In this document: positions 60,558-64,000 of the stretch, in pieces
Position numbering within the stretch: position 1 is the first letter of the stretch
Layout of the letters: the number at the start of each line of letters is the position of its first letter
Source: an uncultured Pseudomonadota bacterium
Lineage (GTDB): Bacteria > Oederibacteriota > Muellerivitia > Muellerivitales > Muellerivitaceae
Length of the DNA: 64,000 nucleotides
Direction of reading: 5' to 3'
Assembly (NCBI GenBank): GCA_963836235.1
Contig: CAWIIP010000001.1
Span: 416,001-480,000 of the forward strand
Position numbers and translations under genes: made by a program
The notes under the pieces: generated by a model
Database searches by the model: none
Seen by the model: the letters and a program-made list of their open reading frames with translations, nothing else
Told to the model about the DNA's origin: nothing

Positions 60558-60675
60558 TCACCCGCCTTCCGATACATACACATTGCATCATATAAACTGC
60601 CCCGGATTATTGTCAACGGCACTCAAACGAAACACTTAGTTTGGCAAGAGCTATTTTATAATCCAAGCACATCGA

Positions 60676-61767
60676 TCAAAATTTCCTTTCCGCTTCAAAC
60701 GCCAGAATATTCTTGATATAAAATTCACCCGGCTGTGTCGATTCATCCCTCAGACGGCTTAAGCTAAGGTTAGCTATCCATTGCGGAGACCATTCCCAGC
60801 TTGTTTTTATGGATAGTAGATCTTGACTATCCTCGTCCACGTAACCGATTTGAAGGTCGGGATTGACTAGTGGTGGTACGTCATAAATTTTTGAATATAG
60901 CCTAAAAAACAACTGCAAGTATAAAGATGAAGCCGGACGGAGAACCGCTGCCCAGGAAATGCTTTCAACTGTATTAGAAAATCCGTAGCTGTTTGAGTTT
61001 GTCCTTTGGTGCTCAATATTAATGTCTTGAAGTATAGAATCAAAGTAAATATGGGCGTTTAAAATACCTGACCAAGTTTCATCGGTTTGAATTCCCGAAA
61101 AATTAACAAGCGTTCCATTAACGAACCCAACCGGATTTCGATCAAATTGTCGGTTATTATAACTTCCTTCCATCTTCAACGAAATTTTCTCATTGATTTC
61201 CTGTTGAACGTTGAAAAACAACTCTTGGTCCACAAAATTTCTTGATTTGTAGGTGTTGCTAGGATCGAAATAGTCGCGAGAATAATAATTGTAGTCAGTT
61301 TCGTATGAACGCGAACCGGCGGGAGCCCATTGAATTTCCAAATAATTATTGTCATCGTAATAATTAAAATCGGAATACTCGCTTGTTCGTAGATAAAATT
61401 CTTTCTTATAAGAAAAACTCCATTCATTTGGATTTACAGAGATTGAAAGATTAAAATCATTAATTAAATTATTGAGAACCGAGTAAAGTTGATACTGGTC
61501 CGCCCCCAAGTGATATCCCAAATCGCTTTTGAGAATATCAAAATTGGAGTGCGCTTCAGCTCCAAAATTCAACGAATAAACCTCGTCCGGAAGTCGATTA
61601 TCCAAAGAAGCCCCCCGAAAGACGTTATCATCGTATCGTAACCCTACTTCAACTGTTTCGGGAACCGCCTCTAAGTGAAAATAATTTGGAGAAATTGATT
61701 CTTGTGCAAATCCCAAAAATGGCAATAACCAAAAGGTTAACCGGATCAAGAATAGAGTTTGTTTCAT
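60676..61767 (-). CDS. Putative outer-membrane beta-barrel protein
   Basis: Signal peptide, YDDNVFR, Tyr/Asn-rich alternating strands, C-terminal Phe. Confidence 0.65.
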   Translation of the reverse strand: MKQTLFLIRLTFWLLPFLGFAQESISPNYFHLEAVPETVEVGLRYDDNVFRGASLDNRLPDEVYSLNFGAEAHSNFDILKSDLGYHLGADQYQLYSVLNNLINDFNLSISVNPNEWSFSYKKEFYLRTSEYSDFNYYDDNNYLEIQWAPAGSRSYETDYNYYSRDYFDPSNTYKSRNFVDQELFFNVQQEINEKISLKMEGSYNNRQFDRNPVGFVNGTLVNFSGIQTDETWSGILNAHIYFDSILQDINIEHQRTNSNSYGFSNTVESISWAAVLRPASSLYLQLFFRLYSKIYDVPPLVNPDLQIGYVDEDSQDLLSIKTSWEWSPQWIANLSLSRLRDESTQPGEFYIKNILAFEAERKF

Positions 61768-62738
61768 TTGGTTCTCTCCTCACTAGAAGTCGCCAATTGA
61801 TTTTGAACTTTTTCAGTGAATTGATCGAGTTGGGCTAAGGATTCTTGACCGTGTTTAATCAAGCCCTGGATCTCGTTAAAATGAGATTCCAAGCTTTTTA
61901 TTTGCTTGCTGAAGGTGATGTCGCTCAAATTATTTTTTTTCATGTTTCCGCTAGCGAAATCTGAATCTTCATTCATTCGCTTGATGCCTTCTAGGAAATC
62001 CTGCATTTCACCCTGAAGCTTTAACTCGTTTTTAATTTCATCCTGCTCAATTGACCATTTTTCAAGTTTTTCTTCCAAATCCTTCTTCCTATCTCGGATT
62101 AGATCTAAAGTCATTTGCAGACCCTCTCGGTCATCGGTTTTAAGTGAACCCAAAGATACAATAGGAAGATTCTCAGCAGGGCTTGGTTTAGTTCGATACT
62201 TTTTCATCAAAATTTGGAGTTGGTTTCTCTTTTGTATTAAAAAGGACAGTGTATTAATCTTTTGCTGAAGCCCGAACGATTCGGAAGCGTTGCTAGATTT
62301 CAGTTCACTTTCTATTTTGTTATTGTAAAGCTCAATAGCAGAAAGAGTTTTTTGTTCAAATTCCTTTTGTTGATCATCCCGATCGTGTTGAAGAACCGAG
62401 CTTTTTTCAAGATCATCTTTTAAATCATTCAATAAACCTTTAAGTCGAATTTCATCAAAAACATTTGATCCACTTTGGGTATTCTGTCGAAGTTCCTCAA
62501 TTTTTACCTCAAGGCGATTAATATTTTTCTGAAGTAAGTTGAAATCGTTTTTATTTTTATCCAGTCGATTTGTGAGGTCTGTGATTGATCCTTGAAACTG
62601 TAGTACAGCTCCTTTCCACTGCGGATCAGATAAAACAACCTCAGCACTGGGGGATGGCAAAACAGAAGGTTCGGAATAACAAAGAGCTGAAACGACAAAA
62701 GTTAAGAAGAATTTGAAAAAAAGAGAAAAATTAGTCAT
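61764..62738 (-). CDS. Secreted/periplasmic coiled-coil hypothetical protein
   Basis: Signal-like N-terminus, heptad-rich; ATGA overlaps with both neighbours. Confidence 0.6.
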   Translation of the reverse strand: MTNFSLFFKFFLTFVVSALCYSEPSVLPSPSAEVVLSDPQWKGAVLQFQGSITDLTNRLDKNKNDFNLLQKNINRLEVKIEELRQNTQSGSNVFDEIRLKGLLNDLKDDLEKSSVLQHDRDDQQKEFEQKTLSAIELYNNKIESELKSSNASESFGLQQKINTLSFLIQKRNQLQILMKKYRTKPSPAENLPIVSLGSLKTDDREGLQMTLDLIRDRKKDLEEKLEKWSIEQDEIKNELKLQGEMQDFLEGIKRMNEDSDFASGNMKKNNLSDITFSKQIKSLESHFNEIQGLIKHGQESLAQLDQFTEKVQNQLATSSEERTK

Positions 62739-64000
62739 TCCGATTGATTGCTTCCTTCATTTCCATCGGTTAACAAACCGTATTTTTTCAGCTTATATAT
62801 AAGGGCAGTACGGTTGATGTCTAAAAGCTTCGCCGCTTTTGTTTGGACATGATCAGCTTTTTCCATAGCTTTTAGAATGAGTTCCTTCTCATAATTCTCA
62901 ACTTTTTCAGTGAGACTTGCGTCTTCTTTTAGATAATGCAGGTACTCATCTTTTTGAAATGTTTGAATATCGAGAGGTAGATTGGAAGGATATATCGTAT
63001 CCGTATCTGATAAAACAACCGCTCTTTGAATAGCATTTTCGAGTTCCCGGACATTTCCGGGCCAATTGTAACGAGTCATTAGTTCCAAAGCTTTTTTTTC
63101 GATTTTAGTTATTTTTTTATTTGCTTCCAGGCTATACCTATTTAAGAAATGAAAACTCATTCGCTCCATGTCCTCTTTGCGATCTCGAAGGGGGGGGACG
63201 TTGATGGGGACGACATTGAGCCGAAAAAAAAGATCCTCCCGGAATTGTCCCTTTTTAATGGCCTCTTCTAGATTTTTATTTGTGGCGGCTATTACTCGCA
63301 CATCGGCTTTGATACATTCGGTGCCACCAACCCGTTCAAATTCTTTTTCCTGCAGAACACGCAAAAGTTTTACCTGTGTGGAAAGGCTTATATCACCTAT
63401 TTCGTCCAAAAAAATGGATCCACCATTCGCAAGCTCAAAACGGCCGATTCTCTTCCCAGCAGCTCCGGTAAACGAACCTTTTTCATGTCCAAACAATTCG
63501 CTTTCCAAAACCCCTTCGGCCAAAACAGCACAATTTACTTTAATAAAGGGTTTATCCTTCCGCCGACTGTTGAAATGAATGGCATGGGCAACTAATTCCT
63601 TCCCCGTGCCTGACTCACCGCGGACAAGGACAGCGGTATCAGTTGGCGATACTTTTTCGATCAATTCGTAGACCGGTTGCATGGCGGGGCTGTTTCCGAC
63701 AATCCGTTTGTAGTTATATTGATCGTTTAGTTTTTCACGGAGGTATTTATTTTCATAAAGCAATTTTTGGCGTTCAATTGCTTTTTCGACCGTCAATTTC
63801 ACTTGTTCCGTTGAGAATGGCTTCGTAATGTAATCATAAGCCCCTAATTTCATCGCTTCAACCGCCGTCTCAATGGTGCCGTAAGCCGTCATAATGATAA
63901 CCACAATTTCGGTATCAAGTTCCCTGATCATTTTAAGAAGGGTCATGCCGTCCAGTTTAGGCATTTTAATGTCCGTAATGACCAGATCCACGTGTTTCGA
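62735..64000 (-). CDS. Sigma-54-dependent response regulator (NtrC family), 5' end outside the window
   Basis: Receiver DIKMP; GESGTGKE, ELFGHEKGSFTGA, WPGNVRELEN; Fis-type HTH. Confidence 0.95.
   Translation of the reverse strand, partial: SKHVDLVITDIKMPKLDGMTLLKMIRELDTEIVVIIMTAYGTIETAVEAMKLGAYDYITKPFSTEQVKLTVEKAIERQKLLYENKYLREKLNDQYNYKRIVGNSPAMQPVYELIEKVSPTDTAVLVRGESGTGKELVAHAIHFNSRRKDKPFIKVNCAVLAEGVLESELFGHEKGSFTGAAGKRIGRFELANGGSIFLDEIGDISLSTQVKLLRVLQEKEFERVGGTECIKADVRVIAATNKNLEEAIKKGQFREDLFFRLNVVPINVPPLRDRKEDMERMSFHFLNRYSLEANKKITKIEKKALELMTRYNWPGNVRELENAIQRAVVLSDTDTIYPSNLPLDIQTFQKDEYLHYLKEDASLTEKVENYEKELILKAMEKADHVQTKAAKLLDINRTALIYKLKKYGLLTDGNEGSNQSE

Overview
Bacterial chromosomal window, probably from a diderm organism (beta-barrel-like genes), in three parts. 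(1) 1-10.3 kb: a stress/low-oxygen-type accessory cluster (Hsp20, hemerythrin, PAP2_3, NmrA-like, cfa, DUF2892/DUF2934, ABC-2 exporter, nitroreductase, Zn-ADH). (2) 10.4-21.5 kb: a mosaic defence/cargo island. It holds a dismembered type I R-M locus (hsdM 3' remnant, single-TRD hsdS split by an IS256 with an 8-bp TSD, probable hsdR start fused to a CHAD gene) around an intact ABC-ATPase + DUF4276/TOPRIM pair. Next comes an orphan cas1-cas2 with no canonical CRISPR array or effector. Directly upstream of cas1 lie five copies of a 28-bp palindrome (consensus TGTCCACGACGGGTCCCCGTCGTGGACA) that delimit gene-sized modules (mgtA; frameshifted beta-barrel gene; Phd-PIN toxin-antitoxin). (3) 21.6-64 kb: almost entirely minus-strand housekeeping genes (IOR, dxs/ispA/xseAB, nad/pan/fol, dap/lys/arg, dgt, GH94, rph/rdgB, sigma-54 regulator), 7 tRNAs and an IS30. 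The best candidate for an undescribed system is the palindrome-delimited gene-cassette array adjoining the array-less Cas1-Cas2; a functional link between the two is only a hypothesis. All family calls are by motif recognition; no database searches were run.
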